Assembly: GCA_014237925.1 (NCBI GenBank)
Contig: JABACB010000006.1
Location: 1-62,448, forward strand
Direction of reading: 5' to 3'
Length of the DNA: 62,448 nucleotides
DNA from: Alphaproteobacteria bacterium
Lineage (GTDB): Bacteria > Pseudomonadota > Alphaproteobacteria > JABAAW01
Shown: one piece after another, positions 28,801 through 37,885 of the stretch
Layout: the number at the start of each line of letters is the position of its first letter
How positions within the stretch are numbered: the stretch's first letter is position 1
Program-made: the position numbers and the translations under genes
Notes under the pieces: generated by a model
The model's input: only the letters and a program-made list of their open reading frames with translations
Told to the model about the DNA's origin: nothing
The model's database searches: none

Positions 28801-29295
28801 TCAAGTTTCGAAAAATGTGCTCGGATTGCTCGGTACAGGCAAATCGATGCCCCCCTCTCCGAAGCCGCCGAAAAGCCCCGCCAGCAATGCCACCACGAAA
28901 AAGACAACATTCATGACGCACAAACCCTTGACGACAGCAGACCAAAAGGGCTGCTTCGCGCCGTTCTTGTGCGCCGAGCGCCACAACCCCACCAGCTGCC
29001 ACACAGAGATCCCCACCGAAAACACGCCCAACAGCACAACGCCTGTCGGCGAGAGCATGATGCGTCGTAATAGGATCCCCGCTCCCAAGTTGACGAAGAA
29101 GCAGTTGATCCAAAAGGACTCGGCAAGCGACAAATTCCCGCGCCAATGGTCTTGAACCCACGCGCACAAGGAAAGCCACACGCGCCGCCAAAAGTCTTCC
29201 CCATGGAATTTGTTGGGGAATTTGTTGGGGAATTTGTTGGGAAATTTGTTGGGGGACATGTCTGCCATCGGTGTTAAAACAATCTGCGGCGGCAA
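28801..29295 (-). CDS. Hypothetical membrane protein with (PNKF)x4 repeat
   Basis: WRG.LSL..SFW and W..VG.WRSA motifs, about 3 TM helices; start uncertain. Confidence 0.65.
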   Translation of the reverse strand: MPPQIVLTPMADMSPNKFPNKFPNKFPNKFHGEDFWRRVWLSLCAWVQDHWRGNLSLAESFWINCFFVNLGAGILLRRIMLSPTGVVLLGVFSVGISVWQLVGLWRSAHKNGAKQPFWSAVVKGLCVMNVVFFVVALLAGLFGGFGEGGIDLPVPSNPSTFFET

Positions 29296-29322
29296 AGCTA
29301 TCCGCCAAGGCGATCATCAAGA

Positions 29323-30894
29323 CTAGATCCAGGAATCGGGCATGGACTCCTTGCGCTTTTGGACGAAGTCTCGCAGGTTCTCATCGAGCGCCGCGTCGAT
29401 CGGCGGCGCTTCATACTCGTCCAACATCTTCTCCACCTTTTCCGCCGCGCGCGCGACCATGTCCTTCTCTCCTTCGGCTTTCCAGCGCTCGAAGGATTCG
29501 TTGTCGACGAAGGGCGAGTTGTGGGAGGCGGTCTCGAAATTGGTTTGCGTGTGCGCGCATCCCAAGTAGTGTCCGCCCGGTCCCACCTCTCGGAGCGCGT
29601 CGAAGGCGAGCTGGTTTTCGTCGATATCGGGCGCGGTAGCAAGCCTGACGAAGCCCATGGCTTGGTCTGCGTCGATGACGAACTTTTCGTAGTCCATAAC
29701 CAGCCCTCCCTCCAGCCATCCCGCCGAATGCATGACGACATGGTTTCCCGCGAACAGGTTTGTTTGCATGGAGATCGCCGATTCGTAGGCTGCCTGCGCG
29801 TCCGTGACCTTGGAGCCGCACAAGGCGCCGCTGGAGCGCAACGGGAAGCCCAGCCTGCGCGCGATCTGCGCACAACCGAGCTGTACCATGCTGGATTCGG
29901 CTGTCCCGAAGCAGGGCGCGCCCGAGAGCATGGAGAGCGAGGTTGCGAAAGTTCCCATGATGTGCGGTGCACCCTTGTGGTAGAGCTGTACGAGAGCTGC
30001 GCCGAACAGGCTTTCGGCGTAGATTTGCGAAAGCGTGCCTGCAACGGTGACGGGTCCCATCGCGCCGGAGAGGATGAAAGGCGAGACGATGCAGGGCTGG
30101 TTCGCGCGCGCATAGACCTTGAGCGCGCCCGTCATCGTGCTGTCGAAGACGAGCGGCGAGTTGACATTGATGATGGCACTGATCACGGCGTTGTTGCGGG
30201 TGAACTCTTCGCCGAAGATGATCTTTGCAAAGTCGACGGAATCTTGAGCGCGCTCGGGCGCCGTCACAGAGCCAAGAAAGCTTTTGTCCGAATAGCGCGC
30301 GTGGCTGTAGAGCATTTCCAAGTGTCGCTTGTTGACGGGAAGATCGGTCGGCTCGCAAAGGGTGCCGCCGTTGTGGTGCAACGCGGGCGAGAGGTAGGTC
30401 AGCTTCGAAAAGTTGCGGAAGTCCTCGATCGTCGCATAGCGACGTCCCTCCTTCAGCGAGCGCACGAACGGAGGTCCGTAGGTAGGCATAAACACGGTTG
30501 CATCGCCGCCGATTTGCACCGAGCGCTTCGGATTGCGCGCATGCAGCGTGAACTGAGACGGCACGCTTCTCACGATATCGAGCAGCATGGATTCGTCGCA
30601 TCGAACGCGCTCGCCTTCGACCTTCGCCCCCGCCTGTTTCCACAGCGCGAGCGATTCGGCGTCTTCTCGAAACTCCAAGCCGATCTCCTTGACAATCTTC
30701 GCGCCGTTGCGGCAGATGCGATCGATCTGCTCGTCGGAGAAGAAGTTGTAGACGGGCATGCGGCGCGTGATATAGGGCACCGCCGTGTCGCGTTGATCGA
30801 GGGCGGCTTGCGCACGCAGTGCCTTGCGACCTTCGCGCCCGCCGCTGCGACGACGTTCCGAAGAAGAAACATCCGTGGAAACTTCTGCCATCAT
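29323..30894 (-). CDS. Trimethylamine methyltransferase (MttB) superfamily protein, non-pyrrolysine
   Basis: F.LHARNP, EP.D.P...RHL, N.NSPL..D..M, PF.L.GAM.P, H.AGWLEGGL and EVGPGGH(Y/F)LG motifs; no in-frame amber codon. Confidence 0.93.
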   Translation of the reverse strand: MMAEVSTDVSSSERRRSGGREGRKALRAQAALDQRDTAVPYITRRMPVYNFFSDEQIDRICRNGAKIVKEIGLEFREDAESLALWKQAGAKVEGERVRCDESMLLDIVRSVPSQFTLHARNPKRSVQIGGDATVFMPTYGPPFVRSLKEGRRYATIEDFRNFSKLTYLSPALHHNGGTLCEPTDLPVNKRHLEMLYSHARYSDKSFLGSVTAPERAQDSVDFAKIIFGEEFTRNNAVISAIINVNSPLVFDSTMTGALKVYARANQPCIVSPFILSGAMGPVTVAGTLSQIYAESLFGAALVQLYHKGAPHIMGTFATSLSMLSGAPCFGTAESSMVQLGCAQIARRLGFPLRSSGALCGSKVTDAQAAYESAISMQTNLFAGNHVVMHSAGWLEGGLVMDYEKFVIDADQAMGFVRLATAPDIDENQLAFDALREVGPGGHYLGCAHTQTNFETASHNSPFVDNESFERWKAEGEKDMVARAAEKVEKMLDEYEAPPIDAALDENLRDFVQKRKESMPDSWI

Positions 30895-31080
30895 TGACCT
30901 CTCATCAGTTCGTTCTTGCAGTTCGTTCTTGCAGTTCGTTCTTGTAGCGTATTCTTGCTTTTTTTTGCCTTGTTCGCAATTTTTTTACGCAAAAAATCTT
31001 GCTTTGGAAGAAGAAAATACCATATGATAGATAGCATAGAATTTAACGCTTGCTTTGTCGTTGTGTCTCTCTACTTATCG

Positions 31081-31170
31081 CTCTTTCGGGAATCTCTCTT
31101 TCGGGAGTCTCTCTTTCGGGGATCCCTCTTTCGGGAATCCCTCTTTCGGGAATCCCTCTTTCGGGGATCC
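31081..31170. repeat. 15 bp tandem repeat x6 (ctctttcgggaatcc)
   Basis: Immediately upstream of the degP start codon. Confidence 0.95.
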
Positions 31171-31185
31171 CTCTTGGGGTCTCGT

Positions 31186-32751
31186 ATGTCCTTTCTCTCG
31201 CGTGTGCTGTCGCGTGTGTCCTTGCGCGTACTATTGCGCGTACTCTTGACTCGTGCTTCGGCGAGCGCGACGCTCGCTTTGCTCCTTTTGTCCGTCGTTG
31301 CAACGGCGGAAGCGCGCTCTCGTCCCGGCTCTTTCGCCGACCTTGCCGAAAAGCTTTCGCCTTCGGTGGTCAACATTCAGGCGCGTTATGCCGTCAGCGA
31401 AAGCAAGCGTCGGAGCGGATTGCAGTTTGAGTTTCGCGCACCGCCTGGCTCGCAGTTGGAAGAGCTCTTTCGCCAATTCCGCGAGCAGCAAGGACAAGGC
31501 AACCGCCAACAGCGCCGTCGTTCGCGCTCGCAAGGCTCGGGCTTTGTGATCGATTCGAAAGGGCTGATCGTCACGAACAACCATGTGATCGACAAGGCGG
31601 AGAGCATCTTAGTTGTGTTGCAGGACGGAACCAAGCTTGCGGCAGAGGTTGTCGGCAGGGATATTCAGACCGACCTGGCCTTGTTGCGCGTCAAGCACGA
31701 GAAGGCTCTGCCCGCCGTCTCATGGGGCGATTCGAACAAGACGCGCGTAGGAGACTGGGTCATGGCGATCGGCAACCCGCTCGGCTTCGGCGGCAGCGTG
31801 ACGGCGGGGATCGTCTCGGCGCGCGGACGCAACATTCGCGCAGGTCCCTACGACGACTTCATTCAGACGGACGCGCCGATCAATCGCGGCAATTCGGGGG
31901 GACCTCTGTTCGACCTTTCGGGGCGCGTGATCGGTATCAACACGGCGATCGTCTCGCCCAGCGGTGGATCGATCGGAATCGGGTTCGCCATACCCTCGCG
32001 CGTCGCGCGCACGATCATCGACCAACTCGGACAGCACGGCGCGGCACGGCGCGCTTGGATGGGAATCGCGTTTCAGCCTGTGACGGAAGATATCGCGCAG
32101 GGCTTGGGCTGGAAGAGATCTCGCAAGGCGGAGGGCGTCATCGTTACGGGTGTGGCGCCGAAAAGCCCTGCGGCGCACGCGGGAATCAAGAGCGGCGATG
32201 TCATCGTTTCGTACAATCGCAAGAAGGTGACGCGCGACGATCGTCTGCCGTGGATGGTTGCGCAGACGCCTGTCGGCAAGACGGTTCCTGTCGAGGTTTT
32301 GCGCTCAGGCAAGCGGCTTGTGTTGTCGTTGAAGGTTGCACGCCTCAGCGAGGAACGCCTTGCCAGCGCGCGGCAAGGGGGGGCTCAAGGGGGGGCGGAG
32401 AAGGAGAAGTCTCGCAACGGCGTTGTGAAGGGAGAGGTGAAGACGACCGCGTTGCCTGCGCTCGGGGTCGAGGTTGTGGCGCTGACCGAAACATTGCGTT
32501 CGCGCAACAAGGTTCCGCGCTCTGTCGAGGGGGTCGTTGTCGTGAAGGCGGGCATCGAGGCGAGGGAGAAGGGTTTGCAACGCGGCGCTCTGATCCGCGA
32601 GATCAACGGTGTCAAGGTTGCCTCCATCGCAGCGGCGGGACGCGCTTTGGCGAAGGCGAAGAAGGCGGGACGCAAGGCGGTGCTGTTGAAAATCTCCGAC
32701 TTGCAGGGCAAGCGCGATCTCTACATCGGCGTTCCGTTCAAGGCTTCGTGA
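31186..32751 (+). CDS. degP: DegP/DegQ (HtrA) periplasmic serine protease with two PDZ domains
   Basis: GSGFVI, TNNHVI, DLALL and IQTDAPINRGNSGGPL motifs; ATG 31186 chosen. Confidence 0.93.
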   Translation: MSFLSRVLSRVSLRVLLRVLLTRASASATLALLLLSVVATAEARSRPGSFADLAEKLSPSVVNIQARYAVSESKRRSGLQFEFRAPPGSQLEELFRQFREQQGQGNRQQRRRSRSQGSGFVIDSKGLIVTNNHVIDKAESILVVLQDGTKLAAEVVGRDIQTDLALLRVKHEKALPAVSWGDSNKTRVGDWVMAIGNPLGFGGSVTAGIVSARGRNIRAGPYDDFIQTDAPINRGNSGGPLFDLSGRVIGINTAIVSPSGGSIGIGFAIPSRVARTIIDQLGQHGAARRAWMGIAFQPVTEDIAQGLGWKRSRKAEGVIVTGVAPKSPAAHAGIKSGDVIVSYNRKKVTRDDRLPWMVAQTPVGKTVPVEVLRSGKRLVLSLKVARLSEERLASARQGGAQGGAEKEKSRNGVVKGEVKTTALPALGVEVVALTETLRSRNKVPRSVEGVVVVKAGIEAREKGLQRGALIREINGVKVASIAAAGRALAKAKKAGRKAVLLKISDLQGKRDLYIGVPFKAS

Positions 32752-32779
32752 TGCAAAATTTGGTGAGAAAGGTGCTGCG

Positions 32780-33319
32780 ATGTCGCGTGTTACGATAGAG
32801 GATTGCGTCGCCTCGATAGCGAATCGTTTTCGCTTGGTGATGTGCAGCGCGCAGCGCGGGCGCGAGCTGGCGAGCGGGGTCGAGCCTACGGTGGAGCGTG
32901 ATCGAGTGATCAAGCAGGAGAAAAACGCGGTGATTGCCTTGCGCGAGATTACGCAGGGCAATTTGGATGTCGAGGCTTTGGAGGATTCGATCGTGAGGAA
33001 TCATCGCCGCTTCTCTCCGATCGAGGATGCTGCAGACGAGGGCAGCGAGAAGGACGAGGGGCGAGCTCCGTTGCTTTCTGCAGAGGGGGCTGCTTCTTCC
33101 GTTGCGGGTTCTGACGAGCTTCTGCCTGAAATTCATGCAGAGGCGGTTTTCGGGGCGGAGAAGGCTACGGACGACACGGTCTCCGATCCCTCCGGTATCT
33201 CCGATACCTCCGATCCCTCCGGTATCTCCGATATCTCCTCCGATACAGAGGATGCCTCCGCCTCCGCTTCTGCTTCTGACAGCGGCGGCGCGGTTGCCGA
33301 CGACGGGGAGGGCAGCTGA
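32780..33319 (+). CDS. rpoZ: RNA polymerase omega subunit with acidic tail
   Basis: M.RVT.EDC....NRF.LV...AQR.R and KN.VIALREI (alphaproteobacterial type). Confidence 0.95.
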   Translation: MSRVTIEDCVASIANRFRLVMCSAQRGRELASGVEPTVERDRVIKQEKNAVIALREITQGNLDVEALEDSIVRNHRRFSPIEDAADEGSEKDEGRAPLLSAEGAASSVAGSDELLPEIHAEAVFGAEKATDDTVSDPSGISDTSDPSGISDISSDTEDASASASASDSGGAVADDGEGS

Positions 33320-33354
33320 GGCTGTTCGAGCTGTCGCGTTTGGGAGGGCTTGGA

Positions 33355-34233
33355 ATGCGACCTCTTCATCAACCCCCAGGTCAATCCCCAGGTCAATCCC
33401 CAGGTCAATCCCCAGGTCAATCCCCAGGTCAACTCCTTGGGCGACCTCTTCGGCTGGGCGTCAACATTGACCATGTTGCGACTTTGCGGAATGCGCGCTT
33501 TGGCGAGCATCCGAGCGTTGTTGCGGCGGCGCGGGTTGTGTGCGCGCATGGCGCGGACGGGATCACGGTTCATCTGCGCGAGGATCGGCGGCATATTCGC
33601 GACGACGATGTCGAGGCGTTGCTTGCGGCGGGGGTTCGGCTGAACTTGGAGATGGCGGCGTGCGAGGAGATGGTTCTGATCGCCGAGCGGCTTCGTCCTG
33701 CTGCCGTTTGTTTCGTGCCTGAGCGGCGCGAGGAGCAGACGACGGAGGGAGGATTGGATGTTACGGGATCAGGGGAGCTGTTGCGTTCTTTTGTCGGGCG
33801 GGTTCGGGCTGCGGGGTGCGAGGTTTCGTTGTTTGTCGAACCCGACGAGGATCAGATCCTCGCAGCAGGCGAGACGGGTGCGCAGGCGGTCGAGTTGCAT
33901 ACGGGGAGTTATGCCCTGCATCCTTGCGATGGTGTGCAGGTGGCGCGCTTGGGCGAGGCGGCGCGCGTTGCGGAGCGGGCGGGGCTTGCCTGTCATGCGG
34001 GGCATGGGTTGACCTTTGACAATGTTGCGGCGGTTGCGCGCATTCGGCAGATCGAGGAGTTGAACATCGGCTATTTTCTCGTTTGTCAGGCGTTGTTCGA
34101 TTCTTTGGGGAGGGGGGTTGCGAAGATGAAGAGACTGATGCACGAGGCAAGGAATAGAGATGGCGATGGAGACAGAGAAGGAGAAGGAGACAGAGAAGGA
34201 GACAGAGAAGGGGCGGCGGGGGTTCGGTCGTGA
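33355..34233 (+). CDS. pdxJ: Pyridoxine 5'-phosphate synthase
   Basis: LGVNIDHVATLRNAR, GIT.HLREDRRHI, TTEGGLDV and HAGHGL motifs; N-terminal (PGQS)n repeat. Confidence 0.96.
   Translation: MRPLHQPPGQSPGQSPGQSPGQSPGQLLGRPLRLGVNIDHVATLRNARFGEHPSVVAAARVVCAHGADGITVHLREDRRHIRDDDVEALLAAGVRLNLEMAACEEMVLIAERLRPAAVCFVPERREEQTTEGGLDVTGSGELLRSFVGRVRAAGCEVSLFVEPDEDQILAAGETGAQAVELHTGSYALHPCDGVQVARLGEAARVAERAGLACHAGHGLTFDNVAAVARIRQIEELNIGYFLVCQALFDSLGRGVAKMKRLMHEARNRDGDGDREGEGDREGDREGAAGVRS
33369..33428. repeat. 12 bp tandem repeat x5 (tcaatccccagg)
   Basis: In frame in the pdxJ 5' end. Confidence 0.95.
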
Positions 34234-34718
34234 TTTTGGGGGTTGGCACAGACTTGTGCGCGCACGCTCGTATTGCGCGGTTAGTTTCGATGTATGGGGA
34301 TCGTTTTTTGTCGCGTGTTTTTGTCGAGGGTGAGATTGCAGAGGCTCAGCGGCGGGGGATGGGCGGGGGCGGTCGGGGAGATGGTCGGGGAGATGGTCGG
34401 GGAGTAGGGTATTTGGCGAGTTGTTTTGCAGCGAAGGAGTGTGTGGGGAAGGCGTTGGGAACAGGGGTTCGTCGTTTGGGGGCGGGGGCTCGCAATGCGG
34501 CGGTTTATTGGCGGGATATCGAGAGCGTCCGTTTGTCGAGTGGCAAGCCTTGTGTGAGATTGGGGGGTGGTGCGCGGCGGATTGCGATGGCTCGTGCGGC
34601 GGGGATGGGTTGTGTGGCTTGTGCAGAGATGAGCACGAGCGACGAGGGGGGATTGACGCAGGTGATCGTTGTCGTGCACGGGGTGGAAGAGATAGGCGAG
34701 GGCATGATCGCGGTATGA
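34230..34718 (+). CDS. acpS: Holo-ACP synthase
   Basis: ILGVGTDL, FAAKE...KALGTG, W.DIE and SGKP motifs; GTGA overlap with pdxJ. Confidence 0.93.
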   Translation: MILGVGTDLCAHARIARLVSMYGDRFLSRVFVEGEIAEAQRRGMGGGGRGDGRGDGRGVGYLASCFAAKECVGKALGTGVRRLGAGARNAAVYWRDIESVRLSSGKPCVRLGGGARRIAMARAAGMGCVACAEMSTSDEGGLTQVIVVVHGVEEIGEGMIAV

Positions 34719-34752
34719 GGGCGCGGTGTGAGAAATTGGTTTCCAAGTTGTT

Positions 34753-35034
34753 TTGTGCAAAAAAAGGCAGGGGGGAATCCGATTGAGTAGCCGTTGCCTG
34801 TTGGTGTTAGTTCATTTATCTTTGATGTACAATAGTGGCAGGGGCGTTTCAAAAGATATTTCTATTGCTTACGCTATGTTTTCAATCGTCAAGGAAAGAG
34901 GAGAAATGTTTTTTATTATTGAAGATACCTATCATGAGATCGAGGCAGGGCTGAGTGATGATGACCGCCTAAAAGCGAGAGACTTCTTGGTGGAGCTGCA
35001 GCAAAAGCGCCTAGAAGCGAGGAGGAAAAAGTAG
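34753..35034 (+). pseudogene. Probable remnant of a Sel1-like repeat protein
   Basis: L.LMY.SGRGV.KD...AY..F..., then L.......AR capping helix; no convincing start; AT-rich. Confidence 0.5.
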
Positions 35035-35162
35035 ATGACAAAGTAGATGATAAAGCAGATATGGTTTGCAAAGTAGATATGATTGGCAAAGTAGATATGA
35101 TTGACAAAGTAGATATAATATAGAGAGTAGATATAACATAGAGAGTAGATATAACATAGAGA
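35029..35162. repeat. Degenerate 12/18 bp tandem array (aaagtagatatgattg type)
   Basis: About 8 units sharing the AGTAGAT core. Confidence 0.85.
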
Positions 35163-35346
35163 GGCAAGCAATATGATCGCTCACTTCTTGCCGTGTGCGT
35201 CTGTGTAGATGGAGTAGATACCCTCCGCGATAACGCAGGGGATAGCATGACCTTGCGATTCTATGGTGCTTACGAAGCAGCAGATTTCACCGACTTCTTC
35301 TACGCGCATCGAGGCGGACAAGGCCAGCGTGCGTCCTCTTTTCCCT

Positions 35347-36798
35347 CTACATCGTGCGCTCTTCGATCGTCGCCCCCGGAAAAGCCTCGCGCAACTTCTC
35401 CTCGTAAGCACCTCCTCTCTCCTCTTCTTTCTTCTCCTCTTCTTTCTTTTCTTCTTTATTTTCTTCTTTATTTTTTTGCCCCCTTGCCAGCCTCGCCAAG
35501 ACCTCCCTCGGCAAGGGCATGCCCGCAGCGCAAACTAGGCGAACAACAAGCATATCCAACGCGGAGCGAGGATGCGGCGCCAAGCGCAACTCTTCGTACC
35601 CCCGCAACGCGATCTGCCACAAGCGCGACAGGGACGCCAACGACAAGCCCTGCGCCAGTTTTTCTCCTCGCTCTCGATCGCTAGGCTCCAACAACAAGGC
35701 AGTCCCTCCCTCGACCTTCAAGCGCGAAAGACGATGCAACCGCTCCATCAGCTCGCGCAACAACCGCTCGGCTTGAGCCCCTTTCAAGATCAAGGCATCC
35801 AAACAAGTCAAGGCTTCGGGAAGGTCTCCCTTCACGATCGCCTCCAGCAAATCGTACAAGGCATGCCCGTCCGATAAAAACAACATACGCCGCACGCGCT
35901 CTAATACGATGCTCCGCCCCTCGCTCTCCACCATCGCACAATCCAACAACGACAAGCCGTCGCGCACCGAACCCTCTGCCGCGCGCGCGATCGCCAAAGC
36001 CGCCTCGCGCTCGATCTGCCAGCCCTCGCGCTTGCTCACAGACACATAGTGCGCCGCCAAAGTTTCGCTATCCAGCCGCGTCAGCTCCAAGCGCAAACAA
36101 CGAGACAACACCGTCAGAGGAACCTTTTCAACCTCGGTCGTGGCGAACAGAAAACGCAAGTGCGGCGGTGGCTCCTCCAATGTTTTCAACAGCGCGTTGA
36201 AGGCTGCGCGCGACAACATGTGAACTTCGTCGATGATGTAGACGCGACACGGCATCGACACAGGACGATAACCCGCGCCGTCGACGATCTCTCGCACGCC
36301 GTCGACCCCTGTGTGCGAGGCGGCGTCGATCTCGACCACGTCGATCACCTCCCCCCGCGCCATCGCTTCGCAAGACGAACAAGCGCCGCAAGGATCGACC
36401 TCCTTCCCCCTGCCCCTGCAATTCACCGCGCGTGCGATCAGGCGCGCCATCGTCGTCTTGCCCGTGCCGCGCGGTCCCGAGAGCAGAATCGCGTGATGCA
36501 ACCGCCCGCTCGACAAAGCGTTCTCGACGATCCTGCGCACCTGATCTTGTCCGATCAAATCTGCGAACCTTCGAGGACGATAGGCACGCGCAAGCACAAG
36601 ACGTTCTCCTGCTACCGACAGGGCTTTCGACTTAACTTTCGGCTCTATTATTGACGCGTCCTTGGCGGACGTCGCCGCGTCCTTGTCGGACGTCGCCGCG
36701 TCCTTGTCGGACGTCGCCGCGTCCTCTGTGGACGGAAGAGGAGGCAAGGCTTGCTCTGGCGCACTCTTCTCCGTTGCGCTTTTCTTCGTCTCGTTCAT
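35347..36798 (-). CDS. dnaX: DNA polymerase III subunit gamma/tau, C-terminally shortened
   Basis: LAR.YRP..F..LIGQ, GPRGTGKTT, PCG.C.SC, EIDAAS, IIDEVHML, SRC and GS.RD motifs; ATG 36798 chosen because ffs lies upstream. Confidence 0.95.
   Translation of the reverse strand: MNETKKSATEKSAPEQALPPLPSTEDAATSDKDAATSDKDAATSAKDASIIEPKVKSKALSVAGERLVLARAYRPRRFADLIGQDQVRRIVENALSSGRLHHAILLSGPRGTGKTTMARLIARAVNCRGRGKEVDPCGACSSCEAMARGEVIDVVEIDAASHTGVDGVREIVDGAGYRPVSMPCRVYIIDEVHMLSRAAFNALLKTLEEPPPHLRFLFATTEVEKVPLTVLSRCLRLELTRLDSETLAAHYVSVSKREGWQIEREAALAIARAAEGSVRDGLSLLDCAMVESEGRSIVLERVRRMLFLSDGHALYDLLEAIVKGDLPEALTCLDALILKGAQAERLLRELMERLHRLSRLKVEGGTALLLEPSDRERGEKLAQGLSLASLSRLWQIALRGYEELRLAPHPRSALDMLVVRLVCAAGMPLPREVLARLARGQKNKEENKEEKKEEEKKEEERGGAYEEKLREAFPGATIEERTM
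36655..36725. repeat. 21 bp tandem repeat x3 encoding DAATSDK
   Basis: In frame in the DnaX N-terminal extension. Confidence 0.95.
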
Positions 36799-36857
36799 GG
36801 GTTGCCTCAGGGTTTTCGGCGCGACGCTCTGCGACAAGGTCAGGAAGGCGCGAACAG

Positions 36858-36950
36858 CAGGGACGGGCGCGACCCGAAGCACTCCGTTACGGCTGCGCTC
36901 TCTCGAACCTGACCGAGTTGGCGGAACATCTCGCCCGCACCCGTTCCCCG
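36858..36950 (-). ncRNA. ffs: Signal recognition particle 4.5S RNA (divergent domain IV)
   Basis: Minus strand reads GCCAACUCGGUCAGG-UUC-GAGA-GAG-CGCAGCCGUAACG; 5' and 3' ends complementary; canonical position upstream of dnaX. Confidence 0.85.
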
Positions 36951-37047
36951 AAACACCATAGAGCATCTTAGGCACGCACGGGGCGTTTCTTTTGCTATAG
37001 TGACGCTTCCAACGAAAACAGGCAACGAACACGGAGCGCAAAAAGCG

Positions 37048-37785
37048 ATGGTTGCAACAGTTGCAACGGCAGCTTACTTGGCGATCGGAAACGAGCTCTT
37101 AGTAGGAAGGACGCAAGAAAAGAATTTGCAAGTCCTGACGAAGTTTCTCAATCCGCGCGGCATTCGTCTTGTCGAAGCGCGTTTGATCTCGGATCGTAGC
37201 CGTGAGATTCGTAGCGCAGCCCGAACCCTCTCGCGCCGCGCCGATGTTCTGTTCACCTCAGGCGGCATCGGTCCCACGCACGACGACATCACAACGGCAG
37301 CCGTTGCCGCCGAGTTCGGCTGTCCGCTGGAAATCTCGGAAGAGCATTTCGAAAGAATGAGCAAATACTACAAGGAGCGCGGCGAATCGATGACGGCACC
37401 ACGCTTGAAAATGGTCAGGCTTCCGCGCGGCGCAGAGCCGATCGCCAATCCTCTTACCATCGCACCGGGGTTTCGAATCGACAATGTCTATGTCTTGGCA
37501 GGCGTGCCGCAGGTGTTCGAAGCCATGCTGCAAACGCTCGCGCTCAAAATCGCTGGCGGCAGCGCGCGCCTCAGCGAAACGCTCTACACGATCTTGCACG
37601 AAAGCCGCTTCGCCGAAGCTCTGCAAGGCATTCAAGAACGCCACCCCGAAAGCGAGATCGGAAGCTATCCGCGCATGCAAGGCGAACGATGGAAAAACGC
37701 CATCGTCGTCTCGGATACCGACGCTCTCCGTCTCGGCGCGGTTGTCAAAGATTTGCGCGCTATGCTAAAATCCCTGAAATCTTGA
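37048..37785 (+). CDS. CinA-like / molybdopterin-binding domain protein
   Basis: IGNELL.GRT, FTSGGIGPTHDDIT, APGF, .AGVP..F.AM and IGSYP motifs. Confidence 0.9.
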   Translation: MVATVATAAYLAIGNELLVGRTQEKNLQVLTKFLNPRGIRLVEARLISDRSREIRSAARTLSRRADVLFTSGGIGPTHDDITTAAVAAEFGCPLEISEEHFERMSKYYKERGESMTAPRLKMVRLPRGAEPIANPLTIAPGFRIDNVYVLAGVPQVFEAMLQTLALKIAGGSARLSETLYTILHESRFAEALQGIQERHPESEIGSYPRMQGERWKNAIVVSDTDALRLGAVVKDLRAMLKSLKS

Positions 37786-37885
37786 AAGAATCCTCTTGAG
37801 AGTTTTCTTGAGAATCCTCTTGAGAATCCTCTCGCCAGCTTACACTGCCTTGTCTTTTTCACTTTCACCAAAGGATCGTTGTTCT

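Noticed and set aside
29359-30897. 512 aa + strand ORF
   Set aside because: Antisense mirror of the MttB-family gene; the same applies to 46585..48093, 54442..55932, 37952..39124 and 20128..21516
35181-35411. Small minus-strand ORF after dnaX as a possible ybaB
   Set aside because: No YbaB motif and it overlaps the dnaX end; cannot be supported
36836-36862. Second SRP-like motif on the + strand (GGTCAGG...AGCAG)
   Set aside because: No tetraloop hairpin or long stem; the minus-strand candidate fits far better
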